From Candidatus Poribacteria bacterium (lineage in GTDB: Bacteria; Poribacteria; WGA-4E; UBA9662): a DNA stretch of 64,000 nucleotides. Shown in pieces: positions 10,722 through 21,381 of the stretch. Numbering within the stretch: position 1 is the stretch's first letter; each line of letters starts with the position of its first letter. Both the position numbers and the translations under genes were made by a program. The stretch is from contig JAYGDX010000413.1 of the NCBI GenBank assembly GCA_046582655.1, positions 1 through 64,000 of the forward strand, written 5' to 3'. The notes beneath the pieces were generated by a model. The model worked only from the letters and a program-made list of their open reading frames with translations. It was not told the DNA's origin and did no database searches.

Positions 10722-11315
10722 TCACCGTACTGCTAGCGCAACTGTATGGTTTTTCCCCTGTTTTACCTTTCGGTAGTTCCCAAAGATTTCGCTAAATTGT
10801 CGTTTGATGTATTCTCGAAGACCAGAGATTGTCACGACATACAGTTTCCCACTTGGTTTGAGATGACCTTTCGATTCAAGGAGTATGATCTTAAGGAGTT
10901 CCTTCCCCACGTTCGCAGGCAGATTTGATGCAATCACATCAAACCGCAGTTGAGGAACATGACTGAAGACGTTGCTCATGATTACTTTGCAATTTGCCGC
11001 ATGGTTCCGTTTTACATTCACTTCTGAGTACTTGACAGCCACAAAATCTTTGTCAACCATATAGACACTCCCTGTTTTCGACAACCCAGCCATCACTATA
11101 CCAACAACCCCGTAACCGCATCCCATATCAAGACATGTATCTCCCTCATTGATTTCAATCTGGTTTACCAAAAGGTGTGTGCCACCATCAACAGATCTAG
11201 GCGAAAATAAGCCCCAAGTTGAATTAAAATGGAAGTCGAGGCCTCTAAGTTTCGCGGAGAAAAGAATGTCTTGCTTCAGTGTTCCTAGATCCATCATATT
11301 GATGCTACTTAACAA
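10722..11315 (-). CDS. Class I SAM methyltransferase, MTS/RsmC-like
   Basis: GLFSPRSVDGGT, LDMGCGYG, FDVIASNLP. Confidence 0.88.
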   Translation of the reverse strand: MLSSINMMDLGTLKQDILFSAKLRGLDFHFNSTWGLFSPRSVDGGTHLLVNQIEINEGDTCLDMGCGYGVVGIVMAGLSKTGSVYMVDKDFVAVKYSEVNVKRNHAANCKVIMSNVFSHVPQLRFDVIASNLPANVGKELLKIILLESKGHLKPSGKLYVVTISGLREYIKRQFSEIFGNYRKVKQGKNHTVALAVR

Positions 11316-11325
11316 TTAACACTAA

Positions 11326-12522
11326 CTAAATATACTGGATATTTAAGTCGGGATACTGAAACGATTCAGGCAGATTTCCGAATATCGGACGGAAGTATTC
11401 AATTCCTGCCTCTGAGATTCTGAAGCTTTCAGCATTGTAGAAACGCAAGTCAAGACTCCTACGGATGACGCGCCCATCCTCGTCACGTTTGAGTACTCGC
11501 TCCAAATGAAGTAATTGCGGCTCAATTCCGTTTTCAGTACGCATTATAGTTGCAACGTGATTAATTTTATCATTCTTTATTGCCTGAACCGCTAATCTGC
11601 CAGCTTGAATCGCGGTATCCCGATCGATGGGTATTGGATTTCCGCACCGCTGCATGTACGCCAGCACCTGATGGCGTAAGTTGGACGAAGAAATACTTGG
11701 CAGGCGTTCCTTCATGTCTTGGGCAATAAGCTCTGAGCACCCCCCTGGTCGAGCATGACCAAAGCTATCAAGTTCCTCCGACTCCGTTAGCAGTTTACCA
11801 TCCTCTCCTGTAATTCCTTCCGAGACAACCACTACGAGATTGCCAACTTGACGGTACTTTTTTTCAATACAGGCAGCTAAGTTATCAGGTTCATATTTAA
11901 TTTCAGGTACCAGAATCAGATCAGGATGACCATAAGCGGAGGCTAACGTAAGCCAGCCAGCATAACGGCCCATTGCTTCGACAAAAATAATCCGGTTGTG
12001 CGAATAAGCCGTTGTGCGAATATCGCGAACATATTCGGCAATCCGGTTAGCGGCACTAGGGAAACCAGGACAGAAATAATTGACAAGTTGCAAATAATCT
12101 ACAGAGCCACCTTCAGGGGCATTGCTGCCAACATCGTTATCGATTGTCTTCGTTACGAAGGTAGTGGCAAAATCATTTGAGAGTTCAGATCCAACACTCA
12201 GCGTATCGTCACCACCAATCGGAATAAGTGCATCGATTTCCAGTTTCTTCAGGTTCTCAATTGCTTCTCCAATCTGACCTGAGGCCCTAAGATTTGTTCG
12301 TGAACTCTGCAGGATCGTTCCACCCCGATTCTCATCAATCATCCCGGGGACTAAATGACAGTATAATCCCTGTTTTAAAACACCTGCCCAGCCTTGCATA
12401 AGTCCAATTAATTCAAATCCAAGTTCCTCGCATTCGAGGGCTATTCCCTTCAATGTAGCATTCAACGCAGGGGTATCGCCACCTCCTGTTAAAACTCCTA
12501 TTCTCTTACTCAATTCAATCAC
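11326..12522 (-). CDS. pfkA: 6-phosphofructokinase, probably PPi-dependent type
   Basis: LTGGGDTPALN, GGTILQSSR, IGGDDTL, KTIDND, EAMGRYAGW. Confidence 0.92.
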   Translation of the reverse strand: MIELSKRIGVLTGGGDTPALNATLKGIALECEELGFELIGLMQGWAGVLKQGLYCHLVPGMIDENRGGTILQSSRTNLRASGQIGEAIENLKKLEIDALIPIGGDDTLSVGSELSNDFATTFVTKTIDNDVGSNAPEGGSVDYLQLVNYFCPGFPSAANRIAEYVRDIRTTAYSHNRIIFVEAMGRYAGWLTLASAYGHPDLILVPEIKYEPDNLAACIEKKYRQVGNLVVVVSEGITGEDGKLLTESEELDSFGHARPGGCSELIAQDMKERLPSISSSNLRHQVLAYMQRCGNPIPIDRDTAIQAGRLAVQAIKNDKINHVATIMRTENGIEPQLLHLERVLKRDEDGRVIRRSLDLRFYNAESFRISEAGIEYFRPIFGNLPESFQYPDLNIQYI

Positions 12523-13588
12523 TCACCAAATACAGATAGCAGATTAAAATTATATATTTCACAATAATAACATTAATTTAGCAACGAATCACCTAAGCAG
12601 TTAGAAGCTTTTAACACATCAGCGTATCGACTAATATACCTAAAATCGGTTAGTTACAGAAAAGTAAAATGAAAAATTGATGTTAAAGAGATCTCAAGAT
12701 GCTTAATGGTAAACAGCCATAAACACTTAGGGGCAATGATGATGAATATCAAAACCAAAACTAGAAGGCAAACAAAGATTAGGTGCCGAATTCAAACAAC
12801 TAGTATTGTCTGTAGTTTATCCAAATATTGCTTATCAAGTGTGTGTTGAGGCTCAAACAAGAATTTCATCTTCCTGCAAGTGGAACGCGAAGGCTACTCT
12901 AAGTCTTGAACTCATTGCGGTGAGATTACATCTGCTCATTCCCATGTATGATACAATTTATAATGTGTTCAAAAAATTATCGATCCAACTTCTTCGCTTT
13001 AGCACAAGGTATCAACCTCCATTTACTGTTTGGCAGTTTGAGAGTAAAGGATTCTGTTTTTTTATGGATAAGCATAGCGGTTGATGTGTGCAAACTAGAA
13101 ACAAGTCAGAAAAGAGGGCAGATCGTAACGGACACTAAGTTACGAGAAGAATTGCACTTTAAATCTCAATTGAGGATGTACTAGATATTGAAAGACTTCC
13201 TGTTGGTTTAGTTCGAGAAACTTTTGAATTAGTAATTTAGGTAATAGACAGACTGAGCTAATTGTATTACAGTCGAAATTTAAGTGCAAACATTGTATTT
13301 AAGTGTAGCACAAGTCGAGAGTCAGTCGGCAAACATGAGAAGACCAAGAAATGGAGACAAAATAGCACTCTCATCCCTATCATGCTAATAACCGCAAGTT
13401 CCAAATTGCTACCGGGTTTTAATTAGATAAAGACACAAAATCGTAATCTCATTTGATTCACCGGATTGCGGCTTGGTGGCTACAGATATCTACACTGACA
13501 CCAAAATAATAGGATACATTGTGACCTCTGCAGTGGTGATCGCTGGGCACAAAGCACCATGGTGCCAAGCATTGGAAAGGAAATTATT

Positions 13589-14944
13589 ATGAATAAATCT
13601 ATGTGGAAATGGTATGTTGTAATAGGGCTCGTGATCGGCATGAGCATGCCGACTTGGGCGCTGCTGAGGAACGGTGGTAACTATGGGGAAGAAACCAAGG
13701 TTGGGCCTGATTCACAAACAGGTGGTTGGTTCATTAACCTCGGCATCACTGGTGCGAGGGGAAAGATGATGCCACTGGCGCCAACAGTGATGGAAGTGAC
13801 CTACGTTTTCAAAGATACGCCTGCCTATGGAGAGCTCCAAATCGGCGATAAAATCGTCGGAGCCAATGGCAAGCCGTTCACCACTCCGCACAAGTTTGGT
13901 TATGGTATGGAAAAATTCGGCTACGAGGGTCCGATGATGGACTTAGGCAATGCTCTGGATGAAAGCCAAGGTTCCAGACTGAACGGGAAATTAACACTCC
14001 AGATCATTCGTGGACAGGAAAAGCAACAAATTGAGTTGAAGCTACCAACCAAGTACGGTAGGTTTTCCCAAACCTATCCGTTTAATTGCCAAAAAACCGA
14101 CAAAATTTTGGATGAGCTTTACGCCTACTTGAAAAAGCGACAGCGAGACGATGGATCTTGGCACAATCGCCCTCACCTCAACGCGATCGCAGCACTGGCC
14201 TTGCTCGCTAGTGGGAAACAGAAGCACAAACAGGCAGTCAAGAAAGCAATGTACTATTTTGCCGATAACACCAACGACCAGATTGACTATGCTGGCTACG
14301 ACTGTTGGAAGTAAAATCAACCGATGGCTGGGGACACCGACCCGCCGGCCGGGAAGGAGGCAATGGTTACGGACCAATCTGCATGATCACTGCTCAGGCG
14401 ATGGCGGCTTGGTCGCTCATAGCCGAGTGTGGACTCGACATCGATCAAAAACGGTACATGGCGGCCCATGAGTTCTTGGTCAAAGGTACCAGTAACATCG
14501 GCTACGGTCTGGTACAACGACAACAACGCCGGCAACAACAAGTACGCCGATATGGGGAGGTCCGGCAGTTCAGGCGTAGCACATGCTGTGAGTTCGCTGG
14601 GCGGAAAAGGGTTTCAGAACTATGCATTCAAAGCTGCCAAGTGTATTGCTACCAATTACAAGACCTTTCCTGACACACACGGATCAGCCATCCTTGGTAT
14701 GGGGTGGACGGCATTGGGTGCTACAGTTGATAAAGCTTCCTTCCGCAGCCCCATGAACAATTACGTCTGGTACTTCAATTTGGCCCATTGCCCAAATGGT
14801 ACCTTCTACTTTCAACCGAATCGTGATCCAAATGCTCAGGACTACCACGCAGATCCACGTTTAAGTGCTTCGGCAGTTATAGCACTGATCCTCTCGATCA
14901 AACATAAGTCTCTGCGAGTAATGGGTGCACGAGATGAATGGTAA
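13589..14944 (+). pseudogene. Disrupted DUF6288-like exported protein (PDZ plus alpha-toroid)
   Basis: Signal peptide, WFINLGITGARG and PDZ-like TPAYGELQIGDKIVGANG. The reading continues across three ORF pieces (13589-14314, about 14311-14505, about 14507-14944), with a TAA at 14312 and an extra G at 14506-14507. Confidence 0.75.
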
Positions 14945-14988
14945 CTCTTTATGTCCTGAGAAAATGTGAGAAGCAATTAATGCGATTT

Positions 14989-16803
14989 TTAACGACCAAT
15001 CGGTATAATGCAGCGAAAACCGACGCGATTATATTTCCAGCTTGGCGGCCTAGAATCTCGAAAACTGACACGTATAAAAGCCGGGAATGTTTCGAAGCTA
15101 CCTCCACGGCTGACTCTTTCCGTACCGATCAGCTTATAGTTAGACAGTATCTCTTCTAACAGAAGTTCACCTGCCAATGGATTAACCCGATCACTCTTGG
15201 CATAGAAATCGCCTTGAAACTCATCGAGACACCATTCCCAGACATTCCCAGACATATCGTGCAAACCATATCCATTCGGTTCGTACGCTCCACCCACTGT
15301 TGTTTGTTTGATTGTGTTACCATAGTTTGCTTCTTCCAAATCAGGCCCTTCGTTCCCCCATACATAGGTATTGTGGATCAGGCCACCGCGTGCGGCATAC
15401 TCCCACTCAGCTTCCGTTGGCAAACGCTTATCTGACCACTCAGCATACGACATAGCATCGTACCAATTAACCTCTATCATTGGATGATCGTCCGTGTGTG
15501 AATAAATCGCTACATCCTTCCAGTTCGGCGGTTTATAATCGGTTTCCTCTATGAACAGCTTGTACTGGCCCACAGTAATTTCATTCACATCCATGTAGAA
15601 CGAACTCACCGAAACTGGATGGGTCGGGAACTCTTCCGGACTCTGATTTGATCCCATGTCAAACTCTCCACCACGGACAAAACGCATTACAGATCCATCT
15701 TTTAACCAGACAATTTCCTGATCTCCTCGAATCTCGTAGCTAATTGGCTTTTCTTCCGTCGGAGGTCTGGTTAAGTCCGTCGGAGGTCTGGTTAAGCCTT
15801 CCTCACCTATAGGTTCCTCTTCCAATACCTCCTCTTCCTTTTCAATATCAAAACCATCATCTCCAGTGATTTTTGCCACATAATCAACACCAAGCACATG
15901 AGGTATATCAATACCAGCATACCAAATTATGCGTTTATCAAAACCACTTAATATATTCAGTCCAACATCACCACTAAAACTCTCCGCTGGCACATTGAAG
16001 GTTTCACCACCATCCGATGATATATCAATAGCGATGGTCACCAAATCACCATCCAAGTCCTCAAGATCATATAAAATTTCAACAAGCGTCGTATTCGGAA
16101 CCTGTTGAACTCGAGCATTGGTAATAATTGGAGGAACATTAGCATTATCCAAAGATGGTTCTTCAATTTGCCCATCAATTGTCCAAGTTACCAACCGAAC
16201 TCGGTGTTCATTATGAATGCCGCCTGTTCGTGCTCCGATTCCTGATCTTATGTTTGCCATTCGGCTTTTATACTTCGGATCCAGATAAGAAACCTTGAGT
16301 GCACGATCTAAGTAAATGTAAAAGAATCCGTGCCGGAATTCAACTTGGAAGTTGCGCCAGCTCGCACTTGCCATGCCCAGCTCCTTCACAGGAGTAATTA
16401 GGTCTTCACCATCGTATTTTAAGTGAATTGCATTCGTATACTCATTGTAATTAATCGAGTATTGACGTTTGGCCTCATCCTCTGAAGTCGGTGTCCCTCG
16501 CGACCAGACATAAATATAAAGCGCTTGTCCTCCTCGACCACCACCAACCCAAAACTCTCCCTCTATTTTCCACCATTCCCCTAATCTCAATCTTCTAAAT
16601 TCAAGCTGTCCGCTTAATCCATAATCCAGCGAGGTAAGTTGGATATAGTTACTAACAGATTGGGCATCTCCTTTTAGCGTTTCAACATACGCATAGCTAG
16701 ACTGTGTCAAAATCATGGAAGTCCCGCAGGTTAAGATCACAATAAATATGAATCGAGACATATTTCTGAACAGAACCGTACGAATATCTGGCAGAATATT
16801 CAT
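14989..16803 (-). CDS. Exported lectin-like / Ig-like / FGE-sulfatase (SUMF1) domain protein
   Basis: C-terminal GEFDMGS, HPMIEVNWYDA, KRLPTEAEWEYAARGG, NGYGLHDMSGNVWEW, RGGS, VGFRC; N-terminal signal and a ConA-like region (GARTGG...HRVR). Confidence 0.88.
   Translation of the reverse strand: MNILPDIRTVLFRNMSRFIFIVILTCGTSMILTQSSYAYVETLKGDAQSVSNYIQLTSLDYGLSGQLEFRRLRLGEWWKIEGEFWVGGGRGGQALYIYVWSRGTPTSEDEAKRQYSINYNEYTNAIHLKYDGEDLITPVKELGMASASWRNFQVEFRHGFFYIYLDRALKVSYLDPKYKSRMANIRSGIGARTGGIHNEHRVRLVTWTIDGQIEEPSLDNANVPPIITNARVQQVPNTTLVEILYDLEDLDGDLVTIAIDISSDGGETFNVPAESFSGDVGLNILSGFDKRIIWYAGIDIPHVLGVDYVAKITGDDGFDIEKEEEVLEEEPIGEEGLTRPPTDLTRPPTEEKPISYEIRGDQEIVWLKDGSVMRFVRGGEFDMGSNQSPEEFPTHPVSVSSFYMDVNEITVGQYKLFIEETDYKPPNWKDVAIYSHTDDHPMIEVNWYDAMSYAEWSDKRLPTEAEWEYAARGGLIHNTYVWGNEGPDLEEANYGNTIKQTTVGGAYEPNGYGLHDMSGNVWEWCLDEFQGDFYAKSDRVNPLAGELLLEEILSNYKLIGTERVSRGGSFETFPAFIRVSFRDSRPPSWKYNRVGFRCIIPIGR
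15755..15796. repeat. Perfect 21 bp tandem duplication in a linker (LTRPPT twice)
   Basis: tccgtcggaggtctggttaag at 15755-15775 and at 15776-15796. Confidence 0.95.
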
Positions 16804-16840
16804 CCGTCGTTTTTCCTAATCCATTAAAGATACCAATATA

Positions 16841-19753
16841 TTAAAAATTATCAAAACCGAGAACATCAATAACTGAATTGCGCGACCGAACTAAGTAGAC
16901 CTTGCTATCATCCGGTAGAACGGCAACCCCGTGAGAGTTAGAGTTAATCGGTATAGTTTCTTCGATCACTCGCCACCCCTGATCAGTTCGGGAAATTATT
17001 GAAATATCCCGATGCCCTTGATTGACAACATAAAGCAATCCAGATTTGCTTATAGTTGCCCGAACTGGGCGCAGGCCAACTGAGAGAGTTTTAATTACAG
17101 TTTGCGTTACTGTATCGATGATACTGATGTTGTTACTTGAATTGTTAATGACGTATAGGTACTGCTCGCCATCCGAAATAAGATCTACCGGTTGGTGACC
17201 AATATTTTGGATCGTACTAGTTACTTGCCCAAGTTCCGTATCAATGACAGCAACACCACGATCAGTGGTAAAGTAAAGGTAGGTTCTGACAAGTGCCAGA
17301 CGGTTTGGCACTCCCTCGACTGCAATTTCAGTGATGGTTTTCTGGTTCGTTAAATCAATCATAGAAACAGTACCAGATACGCTATTAGCAACATAAAGAG
17401 TATTTCGTATAGGATCAACAGCAACGTCAACGGGACGTTTGCCAACCACTATTTTCTTTGACCGACTAAAGCTAGGATCGATAATCGAAACGGTATCAGG
17501 TACCATGTCATCAGCACGTGCACGAACTATCCACTCCGGTTCAAAAATGCTGTTGACCACGTATATCTCACCAGTAATAGGATTAAGATCAAGCCCAATC
17601 GGTTCAAAACCGTCGCTGGATAAATCGAACGCCATCACCACTTTATCTGTATCGGTACGTATCTTTGTAACGCTGTTACCTTGTGTGTTGGTAACATATG
17701 CGAACATACCATCAGAAGACAGGATTATTTCAGCGGGCAGATCGAAATCAACACTCTCTATTGTTCGGGTGAGTTTCGGTAATGGTGTTAACCAGACTGT
17801 CTTTTCCACCAACGCACTATCCGTGATGTTAACTCGAAGACTATAATCTTGATCAATATATCCTTCCACTTCAACCTTGTCATACACAACTAGCTGTTTG
17901 AAATTCTTCAGCTCTACTAGACCATTACGATCAGTTACACCATCCAGTGTAAAGGCATCTCTAACAGGAAGGCGACTACGAACATCTCGCACAATAACAC
18001 GAATATCAGGTAAGACATTGACGGTAACTGGGATTATAATCCTACTATCCTTAGCTTTTTCAGCAAAAATTGCGAGTTGTGTGCCATTCATTCCCTGCAG
18101 CATCTCCTGCCGGCTAATAGTGATTTGAACCTCAATCCGATCATCTGAAACAGTGCCTTCTGCTGGTGTTGCAAAAACCCACTTAGCTTCCGGTATCAAA
18201 TTCCAATCGATAGGACCATACCCATCTCTGGAAAGAACAATCGTTTGCGTGTCGATGTACGCACTGAAATCGAGCCTTTTGGGATTCGTCAAGATGCTGG
18301 GTTTGCTGACAAACATACCAACTATCACTTTTTCCATCCCGCCATTTGTCTCTACTGTTACCGGTATTTTGTATCCACCAGGTTCTGCCAAATTGCGATC
18401 TGCTCTAAGGGTAATCACGGCAGATTGGCTATCTTTTATGATACCTTGCTGTGGGTCTATTTCTAACCAATCTGTCCGCGGGAACTTAAGCTCCCATGAC
18501 AACTCACCAGTTCCACTATTTTTAATGATTAGATCCGTGACTCGAAGTTCCGAGCCGAAATCAATGTTTTCAGACGAAACCTGTAACTCGGGTTGAATAG
18601 GAACAACCAATATCAATTCGACTCTGGCGATACCACCGTTGCTCATCACCTGAATCACCTGTTTGTAACGACCAGGTGCATTTAGTCGCGATCGGTCAAT
18701 ATGAATATTGACAACTGAAGGGATTTGGCGCGTTACTCCCTCAAAAGGTCTTAAAGATACCCATGCTTGCGGAACCGACACCCTCCATTTTAGTATTCCT
18801 CCACCGATATTTTCTATACGCAGTGTTTCACTTTCTCGATCAACTCCAAAACTAATTTGTTTGACCGATATATTTAACAAAGCCGTTTTAGTAGTTACGT
18901 TTATCTCTACCTTTTGACTTCCTCCATTGGACGTAATATGAAGAGTCTTTGATGGTTGCCTAGATGTTAATATTTCTTGATCTATAATAATATTGACAAT
19001 TGCGGTACAGTTTGTGATTTTCCCTTGAATCGGAGAAATCTTAAGCCAATCTAACTTTGGATCAGTGATGGACCATACAAGTTCGCCTGTACCTCTATTA
19101 GTAATGTTTACAATCTTTTGAGTTTCATTTTCCTCGAATATAACGACATTATCTATAACATTTAGTATCGGTTGCAATCGGATCACCTGAACATCTGTGC
19201 TGACGGGTTCTCCTAACCCAACCTTAATCTGTACATTCAAAGTCTGATATCCCTCAACTTCAGTCGTGATAGTATACATTCCTGGTGTTAGTTTTCTTGT
19301 AAATCGAAATATGCCCTGTTCATCACTTCTGGTCACCTCATTCACCTGGCCTATCGTCAATTTGGCATATGGAACCGGATCAGAGTTGTTAATATCCATA
19401 ACTTTGCCCGATATAGTTTGAGATCCCTCTTTTTCAAGCACAACACCATTGGATAGAATCTTGTCGATAATTTCGACTTGCGTACGGTAAATGTTATAGC
19501 CGATCTTGGTTACACTAATCTGGTATGTACCACTAGCAATACCGTCAATAAAAAATCGGCCCATCTCATCCGACATAATAGATTGGTTTTCAGAACCGTC
19601 TATACTCACAATGGCTGACGGAATTAGCTGACCATTTTCACCAATTATTGTTCCCTCGATTCCAAGTTCCAGCTGATCTTGACTACATCCCGTACTAAAG
19701 ACCAGCAGAAACATAACAGTTAAGTAAGCGAGGTCCTTGATTACACACTGCAT
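16841..19753 (-). CDS. Surface lipoprotein: carboxypeptidase-regulatory-like domains, about four BACON-like Ig domains, YVTN/YncE beta-propeller
   Basis: Lipobox FSTGC; repeated 'I.N.G.G.L.W...W....P..G...SNGG' units; AYVTN, LYVAN and LYVIN propeller blades. ATG 19753 overlaps the upstream TAA (TAATG). Confidence 0.82.
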   Translation of the reverse strand: MQCVIKDLAYLTVMFLLVFSTGCSQDQLELGIEGTIIGENGQLIPSAIVSIDGSENQSIMSDEMGRFFIDGIASGTYQISVTKIGYNIYRTQVEIIDKILSNGVVLEKEGSQTISGKVMDINNSDPVPYAKLTIGQVNEVTRSDEQGIFRFTRKLTPGMYTITTEVEGYQTLNVQIKVGLGEPVSTDVQVIRLQPILNVIDNVVIFEENETQKIVNITNRGTGELVWSITDPKLDWLKISPIQGKITNCTAIVNIIIDQEILTSRQPSKTLHITSNGGSQKVEINVTTKTALLNISVKQISFGVDRESETLRIENIGGGILKWRVSVPQAWVSLRPFEGVTRQIPSVVNIHIDRSRLNAPGRYKQVIQVMSNGGIARVELILVVPIQPELQVSSENIDFGSELRVTDLIIKNSGTGELSWELKFPRTDWLEIDPQQGIIKDSQSAVITLRADRNLAEPGGYKIPVTVETNGGMEKVIVGMFVSKPSILTNPKRLDFSAYIDTQTIVLSRDGYGPIDWNLIPEAKWVFATPAEGTVSDDRIEVQITISRQEMLQGMNGTQLAIFAEKAKDSRIIIPVTVNVLPDIRVIVRDVRSRLPVRDAFTLDGVTDRNGLVELKNFKQLVVYDKVEVEGYIDQDYSLRVNITDSALVEKTVWLTPLPKLTRTIESVDFDLPAEIILSSDGMFAYVTNTQGNSVTKIRTDTDKVVMAFDLSSDGFEPIGLDLNPITGEIYVVNSIFEPEWIVRARADDMVPDTVSIIDPSFSRSKKIVVGKRPVDVAVDPIRNTLYVANSVSGTVSMIDLTNQKTITEIAVEGVPNRLALVRTYLYFTTDRGVAVIDTELGQVTSTIQNIGHQPVDLISDGEQYLYVINNSSNNISIIDTVTQTVIKTLSVGLRPVRATISKSGLLYVVNQGHRDISIISRTDQGWRVIEETIPINSNSHGVAVLPDDSKVYLVRSRNSVIDVLGFDNF

Positions 19754-21381
19754 TATTTGATAATCGCTAACTGACATATTTGAATGACTTCACCTGCAGT
19801 GAATTTTATATAATAGATTCCATTCGCCACCCGCTCTCCATTTTCACTGAGTCCATTCCAAAATAGCGCCTTTGATCTATCACGATAGCTGCCGGCTGAC
19901 TGATAACCTAAATTAATTCTTTTGATAACGTGCCCCGTAATATCATAAATTTCAACAGAGACATTGGCATCTACTGCTAGATCATACGGAATCCACGTTT
20001 CAGGGTTAAATGGATTTGGATAATTTTGTCGCAACTGTATTTGTTGTGGAACCAAGAGTGTTTCGAGAATTTCAACCGCGTATACCGTTCGGGTATCTGC
20101 CAGCTGTTTGAGGGCGATGATGGATGAACAAATAGCGCTTTGATTTAGATTTGCAACAATACCAAATTGCTGATCTAAAACAGGTGGGGCAGCAAACACA
20201 TTTTGCCCCAGATTCAAGGCAACCTGCATCAGATCGAAAATATCAACCACCCCATCACGATTTACATCCTCCATTAACCCTTGTGTGACTTGGCCAAACA
20301 TGGAAGCAACTTGAACAAGGTCAAGAACATCAATTTCACTATCCTTGTTGACGTCAAGTGCCAAAATTATAACCTGATTAGAGACTTTTGCAGTTTTTAC
20401 ACCATCTAGAGTGAAGTGAACAACAGGCTTAGAAAGGAGAGGTAATCCTCCCACAAACGTCGTCAACACAACGGTTTGTGGATGGATGGAACTCACCTTT
20501 GCTACTGCCTTACCTTCATTATCAGTCAGAGATGGTATTGTGACTTTGACTTTACTATCCGGACGAATTACGACTTTCCTGCCTGAAAGAGGTAACTCAC
20601 GATCATCAAGCAATGTCACATTAATGGTTGCAGTCGATTTTCCATCGGCAGCGATATTGGTAGATGGCTCAACTGATACAGTTGATTTTGATGTCGATAC
20701 TTTTCGTTTAATAAGTGTGATCTTTGACGTGACAATTTTGCCATTTCCGGTCTCTGCCGAAATAATGGCATCACCAATTACTAAAGGAGACGTAAATTGT
20801 GCACGATATACTTTCTCCTCACGGTTGAATACAGGTGAATCAATTGTACCGAGGCTAGCAGATAGCTTAACTAACTCATCTGTAATAGACTGATTATCTT
20901 GATCAAATAATTGAATAGTAATAGTCGCTGTGTTAGTACCATTAGCAACCAAGGATTTTGGATTGATTGTTAATCGGACGTCTGTCACTGTAGGTTCAAC
21001 ATACTGAAACCCATCCTCAAGAACTACAATCATTTCTCCCGGATTAATAACAACAACATCGACAGATGCTTGAAGACTACCTGGTGTCCTGAGAGTAATT
21101 TCTGTATCAGATTTCACAACTATGTCTAACCCATAGTTTTCGCCCAATTTTACAGCAGTTTGCCCAACAACAAAGTTAGATCCAAGAATGGTGATTTCTC
21201 CTCCTCCAAAGAACGTACCTTCAGATGGTGAGACGAATTCAATTGTTGGTGTAAGGCGTGTGTCAAATGTGAATGGATCTGTCAATGCATACCCAATTTC
21301 AGCCTCTAAAAAAGGCACAAAGGCAACAATCATTAATCCGAAGGGGATCAGTAAAATTATAAATCGAATCCAATTTTTCAT
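19753..21381 (-). CDS. Exported IPT/TIG, two Big_1 (invasin Ig), dockerin and FlgD-Ig/T9SS-like C-terminal domain protein
   Basis: VSPSEG..GG.EITILGSNF (TIG); ANGTNTATIT and AADGKSTATINVTL (Big_1); DVNKDSEIDVLDL and DVNRDGVVDIFDL (dockerin); QNYPNPFNPETWIPY...WNG...VANGIYY. Confidence 0.88.
   Translation of the reverse strand: MKNWIRFIILLIPFGLMIVAFVPFLEAEIGYALTDPFTFDTRLTPTIEFVSPSEGTFFGGGEITILGSNFVVGQTAVKLGENYGLDIVVKSDTEITLRTPGSLQASVDVVVINPGEMIVVLEDGFQYVEPTVTDVRLTINPKSLVANGTNTATITIQLFDQDNQSITDELVKLSASLGTIDSPVFNREEKVYRAQFTSPLVIGDAIISAETGNGKIVTSKITLIKRKVSTSKSTVSVEPSTNIAADGKSTATINVTLLDDRELPLSGRKVVIRPDSKVKVTIPSLTDNEGKAVAKVSSIHPQTVVLTTFVGGLPLLSKPVVHFTLDGVKTAKVSNQVIILALDVNKDSEIDVLDLVQVASMFGQVTQGLMEDVNRDGVVDIFDLMQVALNLGQNVFAAPPVLDQQFGIVANLNQSAICSSIIALKQLADTRTVYAVEILETLLVPQQIQLRQNYPNPFNPETWIPYDLAVDANVSVEIYDITGHVIKRINLGYQSAGSYRDRSKALFWNGLSENGERVANGIYYIKFTAGEVIQICQLAIIK

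Noticed and set aside
14989..15130. Diversity-generating retroelement target (C-terminal variable region of the FGE/CLec domain)
   Set aside because: No reverse transcriptase and no adenine-variant template repeat was found by eye in the window. A remote DGR cannot be excluded.
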